From NCBI GenBank assembly GCA_964016885.1, contig OZ024746.1:5580001-5644000 (forward strand): a DNA stretch of 64,000 nucleotides, written 5' to 3'. The DNA is from Eledone cirrhosa. Its lineage: Eukaryota. Each line of letters opens with the position of its first letter. Position 1 is the first letter of the stretch. The position numbers and the translations under genes are program-made. This document shows, piece after piece, positions 1 through 16,375 of this stretch. The notes beneath the pieces were generated by a model. That model ran no database searches. It was not told where the DNA came from and worked only from the letters and a program-made list of their open reading frames with translations.

Positions 1-1674
1 GTAGGGTTAATGTAATTGGTATTGAAATCTTGTTTCATATAAAACTCCCCCAATCAGGGCCTTTATGCGACTGGTGTGAAATAACGAACAATAGATGTTT
101 AGATAAATATTTTCCTAATATTTGTAAGTGCTCAAATCATTCAGGTATTGCATTTGAATAAAATCTTCTTGATTTATAGATGTTCTAAATTTTGAGACGT
201 GATCTGGAGTAGAATAGCATTTGATAAGGAAAGATGGAGCCATTTGTCTGATGAATAGAACTGTTGAAAATGAATTCAGACTGGAATGTGTGATCAACAA
301 AGTTTTGTGTGATCAATAACGTTTTACGTATCATTAAACTATCTGCCTAAAAATATGTTACAAGTAAACGACAAAACAAACTAATGTATAAGCTTGGCGC
401 TGTTCGACATCAGCAAGATATTAGTACAAATTTATTTTGCTTTCAAATATTGTCCGTGAAGTTTGATTCGACTGTTCGATATTTTAGCTCATTTTCTCAA
501 GCAAACGGGAATGCCTCACTTAGTTCTTTTCTGATAAAAGTTTCTATTACGTGTTTTCCAATTCTTATGTCAATGAGACAAACAGCGTCTTTAATATGTT
601 AGAAATGGTTCACCTGTTACAAATATTGGGTCTATTGGTACTAAGTTCCGCGAGAATGTTCCATTTAATAATTATTTTATTAAGCACAAAATTCATCCCT
701 ACAACCTTATGAAATGAAGCTGGAAAAAGTAACACATCTATATAACGAATGTACGTATAATTTATATGAAGCTGCGAATTACTGCAAATAAAAGTAAGTT
801 GAAATGGCAGTAGTCAGAATCTCGTAAAATAACAGAATCAACATGCTAAATATTTTTGCACTGAGTTAAAATATTGTAGCTAAATGATGTTTCAAAAGAT
901 TATTCAAAAAGTAAAATGTCCTGCAATATAAACTAAGTTTCTAATAAGATAATGTAAAAATGCTTGTTCTGATTCTTCAAATGGAATCCTAGCTTGTAAA
1001 GTATCGATTTTACTGCTCTATTCTAGAAATATCGTTTAGAATCTTTATAAATAGATGCGAATTAATTTCTTATTTCTTTTTCCCTTTCACGTGTTTATCT
1101 GAATGTTTTATCTTCGACAGAAAACACTTTTAAATACAAATATGTGGAGAAGAAAAACTCCGCCAAAAACAGAAGCAGGCTAACAAACAAATAGAGGCTT
1201 CTGAGGAAGTTGATTATTAGAACGTTTTCAAATGTCAAGTTATTAAAGAATGAGATTTAATAAAAGAACTTTATTCCTTTTCTCAATCAATTCAAGCATG
1301 ATTGTTGATGTAATTCTGAATATGTATTTTCACCAGAGAAACATCGCACCATCTAATCCTAACGTATACAAGTTAATAACATTGAATGAAAGCGTTGAGA
1401 GATAAAATAAAGATGAGGCGATGGGATAGATGGAGCAGACATAGAGACAAGCAAACAATGTGAGAAAGAGAAGAGAAGTTAAATATATCACTCACTCTAT
1501 TGGGACTTTCTATTTCTTTAACAGCGAGACTGATTGGGGAGAAAACAGAACGAGTGTAAGTGTCCTTTTAAAGTCCCTTATAGTCTTACTCTCTCTATTC
1601 TAAAAATTGAGAACAAGAGAGAACGAATAGAGCAAGATAAGATGAGGGAAGAGAGAATTAAGACTAAAATCTTT

Positions 1675-1900
<226 letters not shown>

Positions 1901-2361
1901 CTCAGTTATACCCTCTCTATCTCATTCCCCCTCACGCACACATATACACACACTCAAATTTATTTCAGTTTTCCAATGGTATTTTGATTGTATTTTTCTA
2001 AAGATATTTTTAGAAAATTCCAGAATAATAAAAGTATTCAATGTTTTGGAAATTATTTCCAAAAGTATTCTTTATATATAAGAGATTTGTAACTTGAAAC
2101 ACTCCTGGTTTATTACATGTAGTGGTTTTGTATCACTGATAAATATCATTTATTGTTTTCTATAGCTATATCGACTTTCCTTTATAATGATGAACTGCAA
2201 ATATATATATGTATTACAGATGTATAATATTCCTTAGAGATTATATAATTCTCCAAAAAGGCTGACTGAATAAGGCCGTGTCCTCCTAGTATTTTTTTCA
2301 TTTTCTCCCGTCCCTTCCTCTTCTCATTCTCTATCTTTCTATTTTATCTTTGTTTTCTAAA

Positions 2362-2490
2362 TCTATCTTATGATGGTGGACTAGTGTCCGAAACGTTAAG
2401 ACTCTTATCATGTTATTTCAAGCGTTAAACTAATATATTTCTACAATGTACTGTGTCGGTTGCTTTGTTGTTTCTGTTTACCTTTTATAC
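2362..2490 (+). mobile_element. Degenerate Penelope-like terminal repeat fragment (family D-like) with decayed hammerhead
   Basis: TCTT-ATGATGG-T-GGAC tagt GTCC-GAAACGT-T-AAGA, followed by GCGTTAAACTAATA, a motif shared with the 2.8 kb and 40.6 kb copies. Confidence 0.45.
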
Positions 2491-2531
2491 ACACACGCAC
2501 ACATACACACATAACCCCCAACTCTCACATT

Positions 2532-2562
<31 letters not shown>

Positions 2563-2579
2563 GTACACCTACACACATA

Positions 2580-2905
2580 CACAAACACCACCATCAGCCC
2601 TCCCCGCTCGGACACCCCGCCTCCCTCTCCCACTCCACCCGCCACCACCCCTACACGCCCCACACCCTTCCACCACTTGTTTATCTTCATGTTTATTTTT
2701 ATTTTTATTTGTACCCCTTCCACCCCCCTTTTTTCTAAATCTCTCTCCCCCACACACCCTCGGAACTCTCTTCCCACCCACCTTTCGCCTGAAGAAGGGC
2801 TTATGCCCAACGTCGTTACCCACCCCCCACTATCAAGAGCGTAAAACTAATAAACCTTTGTTTGTACTGCCTCTCTGTTTTGTTCCCGTTCAATTTTTCA
2901 CTATA
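2580..2905 (+). mobile_element. Penelope-like 3' terminal fragment (family D) with decayed minimal hammerhead
   Basis: CTGAAGA-A-GGGC ttat GCCC-AACGTCG at 2789-2815 (GA of GAAAC lost), then AATAAA, ending in (TA)n. A homologous copy lies inverted at about 40596-40830. Confidence 0.6.
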
Positions 2906-3089
2906 TATATATATATATACATACATATATATATATATTGTTTATTCTCTGTAATGTAGGTTTATTGCCAGTTGCAGATGTGTTTATATTATAATGCTAA
3001 ATAGTTAATCAGTTGGTTAGGTTTGTACGTAACAGGTACAGGAAGGACAATGAGTAAACAGACGATACAGAGAAGGAATGAAAGAAAGA

Positions 3090-3185
3090 AACGAGAGAGA
3101 GAAAGAGTGAGAAGGTCACGGAGAGAAAGAGTGAGAAAGACATAGAGAGAAAGAGTGAGAAAGACACAGAGAGAAAGAGAGCATA
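3090..3185. repeat. GA-rich ~24-bp tandem repeat
   Basis: GAGAGAAAGAGTGAGAAAGACAYA-like unit repeated about 4 times. Confidence 0.8.
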
Positions 3186-4319
3186 AAGAGGAGAAACATA
3201 TATGTGGTACGCAGTTGACTTGTTTACGTAATTACTTCAAATCATTAAAGTTATATTCTAATTGTTATAGCTATTAATTAGTAGCAGAATTTGCTGTTTA
3301 ATATTTTATTTCGCTGTAGCAAAATACGTTAAATATGTATAGCTCTCAGTAATTTTAACATCAAATTACGTAATTAAAGCAAGCTACTTTCGAGATCTAA
3401 CGAAAATGATATATAATTAATTTTAATCAATTTTTATTTTATTTTCAACCTTTTACTTCTGAAATAATAGCTGGAAGAAGTTCCTAAACTTACCTTTACA
3501 AGAGATAAATTCAGGTCACAAATACATTTCTCTAACAAATGTTCTGTGCTTAGTAATTAAGATCAGAGATAATCGAATGCATGATTGCTAGTATATACTT
3601 TCTATGTAATTACGTATCATAGTGCAATAATTATAGTTGTTATCATATTTTTTTTTACTTGTAACCTATAGAATCGTAATCTTGCAATCCAATTCTGATT
3701 ACAGTGTGATAGAAGGTATTCTTTCCTTATCAAACAAAATATAATCAACGTCAACGAAATATTTTCAATATTCTTGTCTTTTGCACAATTTGTCCATGTG
3801 TTTAATTATTCCTGTAGCCTCTCTATTATATATCAACCAGACTGACGATCATGATTCCTGCATTTCTTACTACTTTTATTGACTTAAATTATTACTAATA
3901 GTTGATATTTAGTGGGTATATTGCAAAAGAGGGAAATATGATGTGAATTTCAAATTCTAATTCTGTAGAATATCTCCTGCATTAATTTAATAAATATTTG
4001 TATTTAGTTGAAACTAAATCCTAAATAAATGTACAGAACACTAATAAAATTAGCAATATGCCGATCTTATAAAACAAACTAGTCACAAGCAGTCCGTCAT
4101 TGACGTATCAGATGTGAATCAAACGACTTCACTGGTCTCTATCAACTGATGTGATACATATTTATACTTGTTTTCCAGAATTATGTATCCTTCATCAGTG
4201 CCGGCCACACTCGCTACCGAGAGTAGAATAAACTATAACTTATATACAATGTGTGTATAAAACATATGCTGTAGATATTCATTTGTATATAATTCATGTT
4301 TATATAAACATTCAGTTGA

Positions 4320-4470
4320 GTTGCATTGATGTCAAATAAATTGAGAATAATATTGGAGCTACTCTGCAGCCCTGCTTCACCTCTATTGTAATATGAAACT
4401 GTGGACTCCCGACGATCATTTGGGAGACATGAGCCTTTATTGAACATATTAAACGGAGTAATCAGATGTC
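4320..4470 (-). mobile_element. Decayed RTE-clade LINE reverse transcriptase fragment
   Basis: One minus frame reads QFHITIEVKQGCRVAPILFSIYLTSM, matching the non-LTR RT motif GVKQGCxxxPxLF. Confidence 0.7.
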
Positions 4471-7364
4471 TGTAGTACAATAAAGTCCTACTCATTTTGT
4501 TTTTACTAAAATACCGAAACAAATAACAGGATGATATTGGACCTGGTTTATTTATCAGTGAGCAAAATACGAAAAGTGTTGTAGACATTTAGAAACTGTA
4601 TATTGTGATAAATTGATTATTCATATATGCCGTGAATGATATTCTATATGAAATATCGAACAGGACATTTATCTTTATAAATAGAATCAGCTGTGTATTG
4701 TGTTTAGTAGTCAATTTGTTGTAAGATTGGGCCACATTCATCATATGTCTGTTCGATATGACTGTCCTGGGATTAAACAATAACGCTGTCTTGGATTATT
4801 TTGCATTAAAAACAAATAAATATTCCCCATAAAAAGATAGTGTATATATATGTATATGAGCGTGTATTTGAGTATGTAAGTCAGTATGTGTTTGAAAGTG
4901 CGTGTGTGTTTGCGTGTAGTGTTTTGCTAAAAACAAAGATCCTAAATTCCCTCTGCTATTTGTAACAGCGACTGGAATATGAAACCCACACCATTAAGAG
5001 CTGATAGGAATCTTTCATCCGGTGACATTCGAAATTATTGGAGGTGATGGACCAATACCAAATAAGATTTCATATTTGGCAACTGGTCTTACTAAAGTAT
5101 CAGGTGATTTACATGTGCACTTGGCTGTTCCAGTGCCTCAACCCTGCTATCACTCCCGATATATTGCCCTGGGTCCTTTGAACTGCCTCAGAATTTTGTG
5201 AGCGGAACAACAGCTCTCTCCGTTGTTGGGGTTGAGTAAAATGAAACTGAGTGGAAGTTCATCAAATTGATAGTACTTGTAATTCAAAGGAGTCGCTTTG
5301 TCACATACTCTGTCCGGCTGAATGTACCTAAGAAGTACGTATGTAAAATGCTCAGCCACTTTACATAAATGTGATGATCAGGCTATTACGTTAATCGAAA
5401 AACTTTTACATTCCTCGTCGAAACCCATCTAGGTCTATTCTATTCCAGATTGTATAATTACTTATGATGTTAAAATATATTTAATTCTTTTCAAAATAAA
5501 TATGATTCAGGAAATAAATAAATCAATGAACATGAATCTGAAAAAAACGAGAATTAAACTATACAAGAGCGGGTTACTGTCCTCTTATGTGGATTAGATT
5601 TTAGTGTCGCAATTCAATAGTAGTTTGACGGCAACCGTCTATTGCCGTCTTATGTTTTATGCCATATTTTGGTACTTAGCTATGGTTAAGTGGAAGCCGA
5701 GTGATTGCATATTAAATGCCTTAAAGACACCCAGGTTGTAGCGGAGGTGACAGAAGAAGAGTGAAATCTACCACATTGATCGGTGCTGTTTTCCTCTAAA
5801 ACATTTTGAGGCAGCATTTTGTTCTTCACTCTAAATCCTTACCTGTATAAGGAGTTGACGCTATCGCTTTCATAAAACACTTATATATTATGTCAGAGGG
5901 ATCGAGGACCCATATCATTTCACCCCTCCAGATAAATAGGCATTATGCAGAAAAAATGAAATTCATACCCACAAAAATTCTTGGATAACCTGACATTCAA
6001 TTCAAGGGACGCTGTACCTTGTCAGAAGATACTTATGTATACATTCTACATGACATAGTGGACTTGTGTATTAGAGAAGCAATTCTCATTAACTCTCAAG
6101 TGACAGTTCAACGAACTGAAAACGTACTGTAAAGTGATAACACGATGATCAAACTATGGAACGTGAGGTGAAATCAACAACGTCAATTCTGGTTCAAGAG
6201 ACGTCAGTCCTGTACAATCTCAAACAATAAACCACGAATTCTTCCAGTCCCCACTTCGAGACGGAAGCTCATTCATATTTGCTAGAAACCAAAGGTAAAC
6301 AATGATTCTAAAGACATTTACTTTGTTATTGATTCCGTAACCATAGGAACGTTTGACTGTAAAATATCAATATAGAGGGTTAAATACTGAACAAGAAGTT
6401 TACTACGTATGTATGTTACTAATTGATGTGTTGTTTACCGATAGAATACTGATATATTCCAATAATTGTTTCTACTTTTGGCACAAGGCCAGCAATTACC
6501 CAGTACATTACTTCCAATAATAAAGTCTTCCATGTAATGAAGTCAACTTGAAGGAAAACCATTCAACCACCAAGAGCTAATTCTCATTCTCACGCAACAT
6601 ATCACACCTTTGATCATATAAGTCCACAATACGGACCTCATGGGTCTAAGCAAAACCACTACAACAATACTACCCAATGAAAATTAAAATGATTAATATA
6701 CTCCTATTTAGTATACGCTCACTTAAGGTAAATTTATTTAACTTTGAGTTATAAGGAGATTATTCTAACTAGAGTAGTGCCCGTTTAACTTATTTTGAAT
6801 CTATTCTAAAATCTGTTTATACCTCGATTATGTTTATTATATTCGTTACCAGCATCAAGCAATATCCAGCCGATTGCTTCTTAATATCATTTCAAAATAT
6901 TGAAGAAAATTTACTAATTGTAAAATCCCATTTACCTATGTACATCTAATAACATCATATATACTCTGCGAGTGTATGTTTTCCTTTTAATCACTTACAG
7001 GGACATACATGTTTATTACAATACATCAAAATAAAACAACATAACTGCAAGCTATGCAACAGAAAGCCACATATTACATTTGTTTTCTTCTTATTTCTAC
7101 TAGAGTTAATGTTCAGAGCTAATAAATGAAAAATCTATTGATTTTTCTTCCTGTCGACCAGCAACATTTTTCGTTCCACACTAAAAAAGGAAAAAAGGAA
7201 AAAAAGTCAAAATTAAAAATAAAGTAAATACAATTCCTATATGTACAACAATATAATTTGTTAATCTTAGGAAATTTTGATATTTGAAGCAAAGAAAAAA
7301 GATGCATAATGAAATTCTGGGTTGTGTCCCAGTTTCATAGATGATATATATATATGTGTGTGTA

Positions 7365-7395
<31 letters not shown>

Positions 7396-9482
7396 GTATG
7401 TATATATATACATATATAACAATTTCTAACTTATAAGAAGTACAAAGTATACAATATTTGTGAACTTTTAAAGCTGATATGGCTGTAATTTGAGAGGAAT
7501 TTGGCTTCTGTTTATAAAAGGTCGAGCAATCACATACATCACTTTTCATCTGTGAGCTATTTATTTGTTAATAATTTGACATCTGCACGACAGTTGATTG
7601 ATATTACCATTGTCCTATGTGATGATTAACGAATTATGACTGAGGAGTTGATACTCTAAGTAACGAAACTATAACTATATACATGCGTTGCTATTCGAAT
7701 ATCTTGCAAATATCAATATTATAATTAAAAAGAATTTATTCTAATACTGTTGTTCATGTTCTGTATATTGACGAGGAATGAAATGAGATTGTAACTGAAT
7801 ATTGAAGCCTAATCCTTCGTTCGGTTCACTGAATGTCTATTCCTCTAATAAAACTTAGATCCACTTTCCAATCCCAATAGTACGTCAGTCCTATACATAT
7901 ATAATAGTATACATGAATTATGAGAATTTCCTTACTTTAACTCACCCCAAGTCATCATCCACGACACAGTCTTCTAACTAAAAAGAGAAGAAGGAAACTG
8001 CTAGGACTAACGGGGTTCTATCTCATGTATCCCCAAACACTTGGAATATTCATTAAAAGAAAACTTAACCTATTTGATGTGACGTAGGATTGATCTGACG
8101 TAGGATTGTAGAGATTTTTATTTCGTAGTTTGGTTCTTGTGGGGAAGAATTATTACAAACAAGATATAATTTTCATTATTCGTGAGGCAGGCCTTTATTT
8201 GAATTAAATATTAGATTTAAAAACAGGTTTATACTATGTATATCTTTGTAAATTAATGTATATTTTTTCTGTTAACAATGAGAAACTGAAGCAATCTCCG
8301 TTTCGTTACAATTCCCAGTGAACACATGCCAGTACATTGAAAACAGTTGATAGGAGTTCTATTATCGAAATGTTTTAGAAGGGGAAATATCAACATGAAC
8401 TAAATTTGCAGATATAGATTATTTGTAGAATGGATTGTTTGGTGAGAGAATCTACATCTTTAAAACTTGTTAGATATATTGTCCTAGTAAAATAGATGAA
8501 GTCTTACAGTCACTTGACCTATGCTCAACATCATAACTAATCACGTGCTCACTTCTCAAAAAAATCGATACTTCCTAGCTACCTTGTGTGATTTTCGTGG
8601 AATGAAATAAGCTTAGACAGGAAATTCTACTTCTTGAAAAACAGAATAAAAATTGTCTGCTTCGAATAAGAATCCCAGGTGTGCGACTTTATATAAACCA
8701 TTCTTTCTACGTCATAGTGTATACCTACTTATTTTCATGTACATATATACGTGGTATTTCTTAAATTATATATGCAACCTTTGCTTTTGCGATGGTTCCT
8801 GGTGATAGGATTAGTAGTGTAATGGAAATTTCGCTATGTTTTCATGTTTCTGGAAAACAGAAGTTAAGACAGTAAAGCAGTGATTTAGCAGTCTCTGTGT
8901 CTACTTAACAGATGTTGGAGAGTATTTTTTATTTTTATTTTTTATTTTTCTATTTTGGTAAGATACAGTAAATATTCAGAAGAAACATATATCTCTACAT
9001 ATAAAGAAACAGTTGGAGAAAACAAAACAGAACATCTGTAGCCGTGTATATTCTCCTTTTCTCATGATTATATTAACTAATGTAGAGGTGGTTCCAAGTA
9101 ATAATATGTTGAAGATGTTTTTATGTTTTTATGTTTTTATGTTTTTATGAAGCTGGAAATGACATGGACAATTACAGTTTTAGTGATTTGAGAGCAGTTA
9201 GAGCTACATAATACACGATAATAAATGAGGGCGTAAAACATATGAGGAGGTATTGCACTATGTAAAGTTTTGTTCTGTACTTTGTATACTAATCTATTAA
9301 AAGGTTAGATTCACGGTAAGAAGATAAAGAATATATCACATTCCATTATGGTTGATACGAATAATAAAATAAATCCCTAGAATGTTCTTTATGCAGTCTA
9401 ACGAAAACATTTAAAGAAAGAAATATTTATCTTCTTTCTCACTGACTTTCTTTCACACTGTCTCTTCTCCATTCTTTTTTTC

Positions 9483-10282
9483 ACATACACACACGCCTAT
9501 ACACACACGCCTATACACACACGCCTATACACACACGCCTATATATACACATCTATATATACACGTCTATACATACATGTCCATATACACACGCCTATAC
9601 ACACACGCCTATACACACACGTCTATACATACATGTCTATATACACACGCCTATACACACACGCCTATACACACACGTCTATATATACACACGTCTATAT
9701 ATACACATTTATATACACACGTCTATACATACATGTCTATATACACACGCCTATACACACACGTCCATATATACACATCTATATATATACACGTCTGTAC
9801 ATACATGTTTATATATACACGCCTATACACACACGCCTATACACACACGTCTATATATACACGTTTATATACACACGTATATACATACATGTCTATATAC
9901 ACACGCCTATACAGACATCCCTATACACACACGTCTATATATACACGTCTATACACACACGTCTATACATACATGTCTATATACACACGTCTATACATGC
10001 ACGTCTATATACACACGTCTATATAAACACGTCTATATATACACGTCTATACATGCACGTCTATATACACACGTCTATATAAACACGTCTATATACACAC
10101 GTCTATATACACACGTCTATATACACATGTCTATATACACACGTCTATACATACATGTCTATATACACACGTCTATACATGCACGTCTATATACACACGT
10201 CTATATAAACACGTCTATATACACACGTCTATATACACACGTCTATATACACACGTCTATATACACACGTCTATATACACAT
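9483..10282. repeat. Minisatellite, ~14-16 bp unit (ACACACGYCTATAY)
   Basis: About 800 bp of tandem variants of ATACACACGTCTAT / ACACACGCCTATAC. Confidence 0.95.
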
Positions 10283-10321
10283 ATATCTGCTACTCAACTT
10301 CATCTCTTTGGATTATTTTCC

Positions 10322-10961
<640 letters not shown>

Positions 10962-10967
<6 letters not shown>

Positions 10968-11258
10968 AAAATACGTTAACAATACAATTTGAGTCCTTAA
11001 GATGTTTTATTAATAACAACCTTAACGGTTTCATGTTTGAATAATTTTCAAAAGTTAAGTGAGATGGAGAGATATGTGGCTATGTGTCTTGTAGAACCAT
11101 ACATATCTCCATCTCACTTAACTTTTGAAAATCATTCAGACGTAAAACTGGTAAAGTTATTATTAATACATCTTCAAAGATTTTATTTGCATTTTCAAAT
11201 TCTTTCTTTTCCCTATATTTGTACCTGTCTGAGATACAAAAAAAAATTCCTTCCTTTA
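10962..11258 (+). mobile_element. Family C element in fold-back configuration
   Basis: Arms TATAGGGAAAA...TTTTCCCTATA (about 10962-11217), near-perfect in the inner part (TTTTCAAAAGTTAAGTGAGATGGAGA). The right arm aligns with the 32.0 and 34.9 kb copies (CTCCATCTCA..ACTTTTGAAAA..AAAC(C/T)GGTAAAG). Confidence 0.65.
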
Positions 11259-11338
11259 TATATATATATATATATCTTATTCGACAGCTTAATTTCATTA
11301 TGTATGGATGTATGTATATACATATATACATATATATA

Positions 11339-11391
<53 letters not shown>

Positions 11392-11525
11392 GTTGTGTTT
11401 GAACCAGAGTTTTCAAGTCGCTGGCTGGACTAAAACGACAGACTCGTTCAGCGCATCTGTAGGGGTTCTCCTCCATGGATATAAAGTAGTGGCCGTACTC
11501 GAAAACGAGTTGGCAGCCACCATGT

Positions 11526-12404
<879 letters not shown>

Positions 12405-12990
12405 ATGGTGGCTGCCAACTCGTTTTCGAGTACGGCCACTACTTTATATCCATGTAGAAGAACCCCTACAGATGCGCTGAACGAGTCTGTCGTTTTAGTC
12501 CAGCTAGCGACTTGAAAACTCTGGTTCAAACACAACACTTGTGACAATTATTGACACATAGTGCTGGGCCCATGGTACCATGTGACGACAAGTGCAGAGA
12601 GATCTCCAGATATAAAGCAATGCCTGTGCCGTGAAGCTTTTATAGTGAGCAAAGGCACTGCACAAAGCCAGTCCCACTCTCTTAACCAAGATATTTACCA
12701 AAAAGAAGAACAAGTCAACATCATTGGTAACCACCAGGGTTGTAGGTGTTATATCAGAGTTTTCCTTCTCCTAGAATTCTGCCTTGACAAAGGCTAAGGG
12801 GTCATCTCTCCCGGTGATTTTGGATGGCCATTGACTCTTAAGAGCTCCTTTGCCCTTTGACAGGTTTTGTTTTTAGTCCTGCGGGATGTCCAAAGTCACC
12901 CTCCTCACCAAGAAACCTTGGTGGGGTTGCCAGCTTAGTCGCCAACGACCCGACCATGAGACAGGTTGTACTGGAAGACATGTTACCTAT
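12405..12990 (-). mobile_element. Retroelement fragment resembling an RTE-type 5' UTR; its last ~140 bp is duplicated in inverted orientation at 11388-11525
   Basis: Minus strand contains GGCGACTAAGCTGGCAACCCC and CTAGGAGAAGGAAAACTCTGAT, motifs I recognise from RTE leaders. The inverted copy is seen directly. Confidence 0.5.
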
Positions 12991-12992
12991 AC

Positions 12993-13110
<118 letters not shown>

Positions 13111-14132
13111 ATACATAATGAAATGAAGCTGTCGAATAAGATATATATATATATATATATATATAAGTTTGGAACTTACATGTCTGAGTGGGCGTATGTG
13201 TAATTGTGTGTGTATGGGGGGGGGGTATGTGTGATTGGGTCTGTGAGCGTGTGTTTGTGTATGTCTACAGAACATAAGAGGGAAAGACTGTGATGTCTTA
13301 TCATTCAATTGTTTTCTTTCTCTTCATTCATTGACCAATTCTTCTCCTAACAAAGTTGTTTTCGCCTTTCACTTATTAACTCTGATTGTAATTCTGTAGT
13401 ATATATCTTTTGTAATTTAAATAATGACTTCGTTAAAGATTCTGAATTTATTGTAAAACAACCTCCTTACCATTTTCATTGAGGTTAATTGACGTAATTA
13501 TTAAAGTAATTATCAAAGTTTAGCTTTACTGAACAACTTCGATATTTCTAAATTTTTGATAGTATACTCTCGCGATCACATAGTGTCACCACGCGATGTT
13601 TCAGTCTTAAAATATCTGCTTTTTCAAATTGCATTACAATATACTTTGTCTATCACCCCCGAAGTAGTGGTTCAAAGACGGTTTAGTGTTTAGTAGCATA
13701 AAGATAAGATATGTGAAATTGTAATTTTCTTAAATATTTTGATTTTACCTCGCAAGTATTGTGTGAGTTTCTCATATAGTTTACTTTAGAAAAACAAATA
13801 TTGTCACATGAAATATACTCAATAGCTACAGAGACCGAGACCAGTGAACCAGACCAAGGCGTCTTTTGTAGTATTATGGAGGGGGAAATCCTGAATAACA
13901 TGCAGTACTCTCTGGTCAGGGTCACCACAGTCACATGTTGGGCTGTCTTCATTTTCTATCGATTTCTATGATGGGCTGCTCTGGCATGTGTTGTGAGGAT
14001 ACAATTAAGGGACATCCATTATTTCCTGGAGAAAAGCTAAATATTTCATGTCTTAGCTAGAATAGAGATCAGGTCGAAGAATTCGCTTACTGAGGTATGC
14101 TATAGCGATTGTAATCTACATGCTCCATAGAT

Positions 14133-14164
<32 letters not shown>

Positions 14165-15769
14165 CGTGCGTGCGTGCGTGTGTGGGTATGTGTGTGTGTT
14201 TTATATTTGAAACCTCTCAGAAAATCAAGAACAACCCCATGACCCAGGCTTCATGGATGTGAAAGAAATCATTTCTACTATTTTTATTTATGTATTTAAT
14301 TGGTTTATCCATCTACTAAGTTTATTTAGCCTGAATGCTGAAAATAATGATTTTTCTGAAGAAATTTTACAAATATACAAGTACATATTTTGAAGGAGGG
14401 AAACATTTGTTTTCTTTATTTTTTTAAATTCCATTTTATTATCTTTCTCGCTCGATAAAATAATTTCAAATTTATTTTCACTGAATATTATTTTCGCATT
14501 TGATTTTTATTGTTTTGGCTGTATTAACCTTTGTAATTAAGGGATGTTTGGGGAGAGGGGAGCTATGTTTGTTTCTTTAATTCCTTTGTAAATATTATAA
14601 AATTAAAACTGATATAGTGTCGCTGTTATCAAAAAAGGGGACAGAGTCCTCAAACACTCCTTCCAGTGGGTCCTGTCGGGAGCAATCGTCTCCAGCTGAT
14701 CTGGTTGGGTCCTCAAGTGACATCATACCTTTATTTATTTGGGGACTAATTATTCTTTACGGGGAAAGACATGCATCACCTAAACCAGAGATAATTAAAT
14801 GCAAAAAGGTTTAATTTCTATATAATGACTGATATATGCATATCTCCGCCCCACAAAATTTCTAATGCTTTGCTCTAATGCTTGCGTAGCGATGAACAAA
14901 ATAAGGATATTAAACTGGAAAGCAAACATCAGTATTACACCACGATCTATCATAGAAGGTAAACCGGTTCGTTATAAATTTAACAGCACCTTACTTAATT
15001 CAGATAAATATGTTATTAAGTCCGTCCGTATGTAATATTTAGTGCACGAAAATCATTTATTTTACTGCTGATATCTTTAAAAGGGTATCCTAATGTCATA
15101 CTGTTAATAGCCGTAGGCAAGTCATAAACTACATATCTTATTTGCCAAATCATCTACACTTAGTACATAATATATATAATAATTCTTACTATTAATATCA
15201 TCATTATCTCTTACTTTCCGACTTTCTGCAAAATAGAAAGTAAATTGTTTAAGTTTCCAGCTTTAAACTTCACAGGAAAATGGAACAACTTTCAATCTTT
15301 TCACCTACATTTTGTTTCCAGCTGTTTCTTCTCTGATTTGTCAGATACTTAATGAATAAGGAAATAATTTCCCTTCCCATAGTTTAGAAATAAATGTACC
15401 CACTTTAGGGCGACATGTAAACCCACAAAAAAATAATGTGCGATCCATTATCGTATTTCAAATCGATTAAAACACAGATCAGTTGTCAATGTCGATATAT
15501 TCTTCCCCTCGATGATAATATTTCGTAACTTATAATCTTAATATCAAATGAATGCATTGAGTCACCATTTGATTTACTTATACCAGAATATCAAAAGAAT
15601 ATAGGGACATAAGGAGGAACTTCATCTCTGTCAATGCAAACCATTCCAACCCATGATTAACCAGCTGTCACTTATTGTTGTGAGATATGACAAACTAATG
15701 GATATGATACAAATAATAGCAATATTTTGTAATAAATGTAAGGAGATTACAAAGACGAAATATTAGTGG

Positions 15770-16375
15770 TTTATAATTTAGGCACAAGTCAGACAATTGA
15801 GGATTGATAGGGAAGTCAATTACATCGATCCAAGTACTTAACTAATAGTTTATGTTATCGACCCAGGACGGATGAAAGGCAAAGTTAACCACGGCGGAAT
15901 TTGAACCCAAACATAAAGAGTAACAACCGTTTCTCTGACAACGACTCTGACAATTCACCGTACTGGCATGAAATAATGATTTCTACTATAGACACAGAGC
16001 CAGCAATTTTGGGGGAAGGGAAATCGATTAAAATCGACCCCAGTTCGTGACTGGTACTTTATTTTATCGACCCCGTAAGGATGAAAGGCAAAGTTAACCT
16101 CGGCAGGATTTGAACTCGGAATGTAAAGGGCCAGAACAAGTAACAACCGTTTCGCTGACAACGATTCTGACAATTCACCGCACTGGCATGAAATAATTGT
16201 TTCTACGTTAGGCACAAGGCCAGCAATTACCCAGTGCATTACTGGTACTTTTATTTTATCGACCCCGTAAGGATGAAAGGCAAAGTTAACCTTGGCGGGA
16301 TTTGAACTCAGAATGACAAGGGCCGTAACTCTATACGTCAAAGCATGGCGTCCGACCCTCTACCAATACTGCCAA
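15770..16375 (-). mobile_element. Three tandem tRNA-derived Meta-domain SINE copies
   Basis: Three units carry the reverse complement of the B box GRGTTCAAATYC and of GCCTTTCATCC..GGGTCGATAA. Confidence 0.9.

Noticed and set aside
115-300. ORF loosely resembling a CR1/L2 RT segment (RTSINQEDFIQMQYLNDL)
   Set aside because: No catalytic ADD motif; too diverged to support a call.
4165-4200. Minus-strand CTGATGA-AGGAT acata ATTCT-GGAAAAC hammerhead-like motif
   Set aside because: No stem I pairing and the GAAA spacing is wrong.
5020-5380. Higher-GC stretch with short ORFs on both strands
   Set aside because: No recognisable domain and in-frame stops; I could not assign it.
9483-10282. Regular repeats considered as a CRISPR-like array
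   Set aside because: No unique spacers and a eukaryotic context; it is a minisatellite.
13570-13630. Minus-strand TTGAAAAAGCAG...CTGAAACATCGCG hammerhead-like motif
   Set aside because: Weak stems and no NUH site in register.
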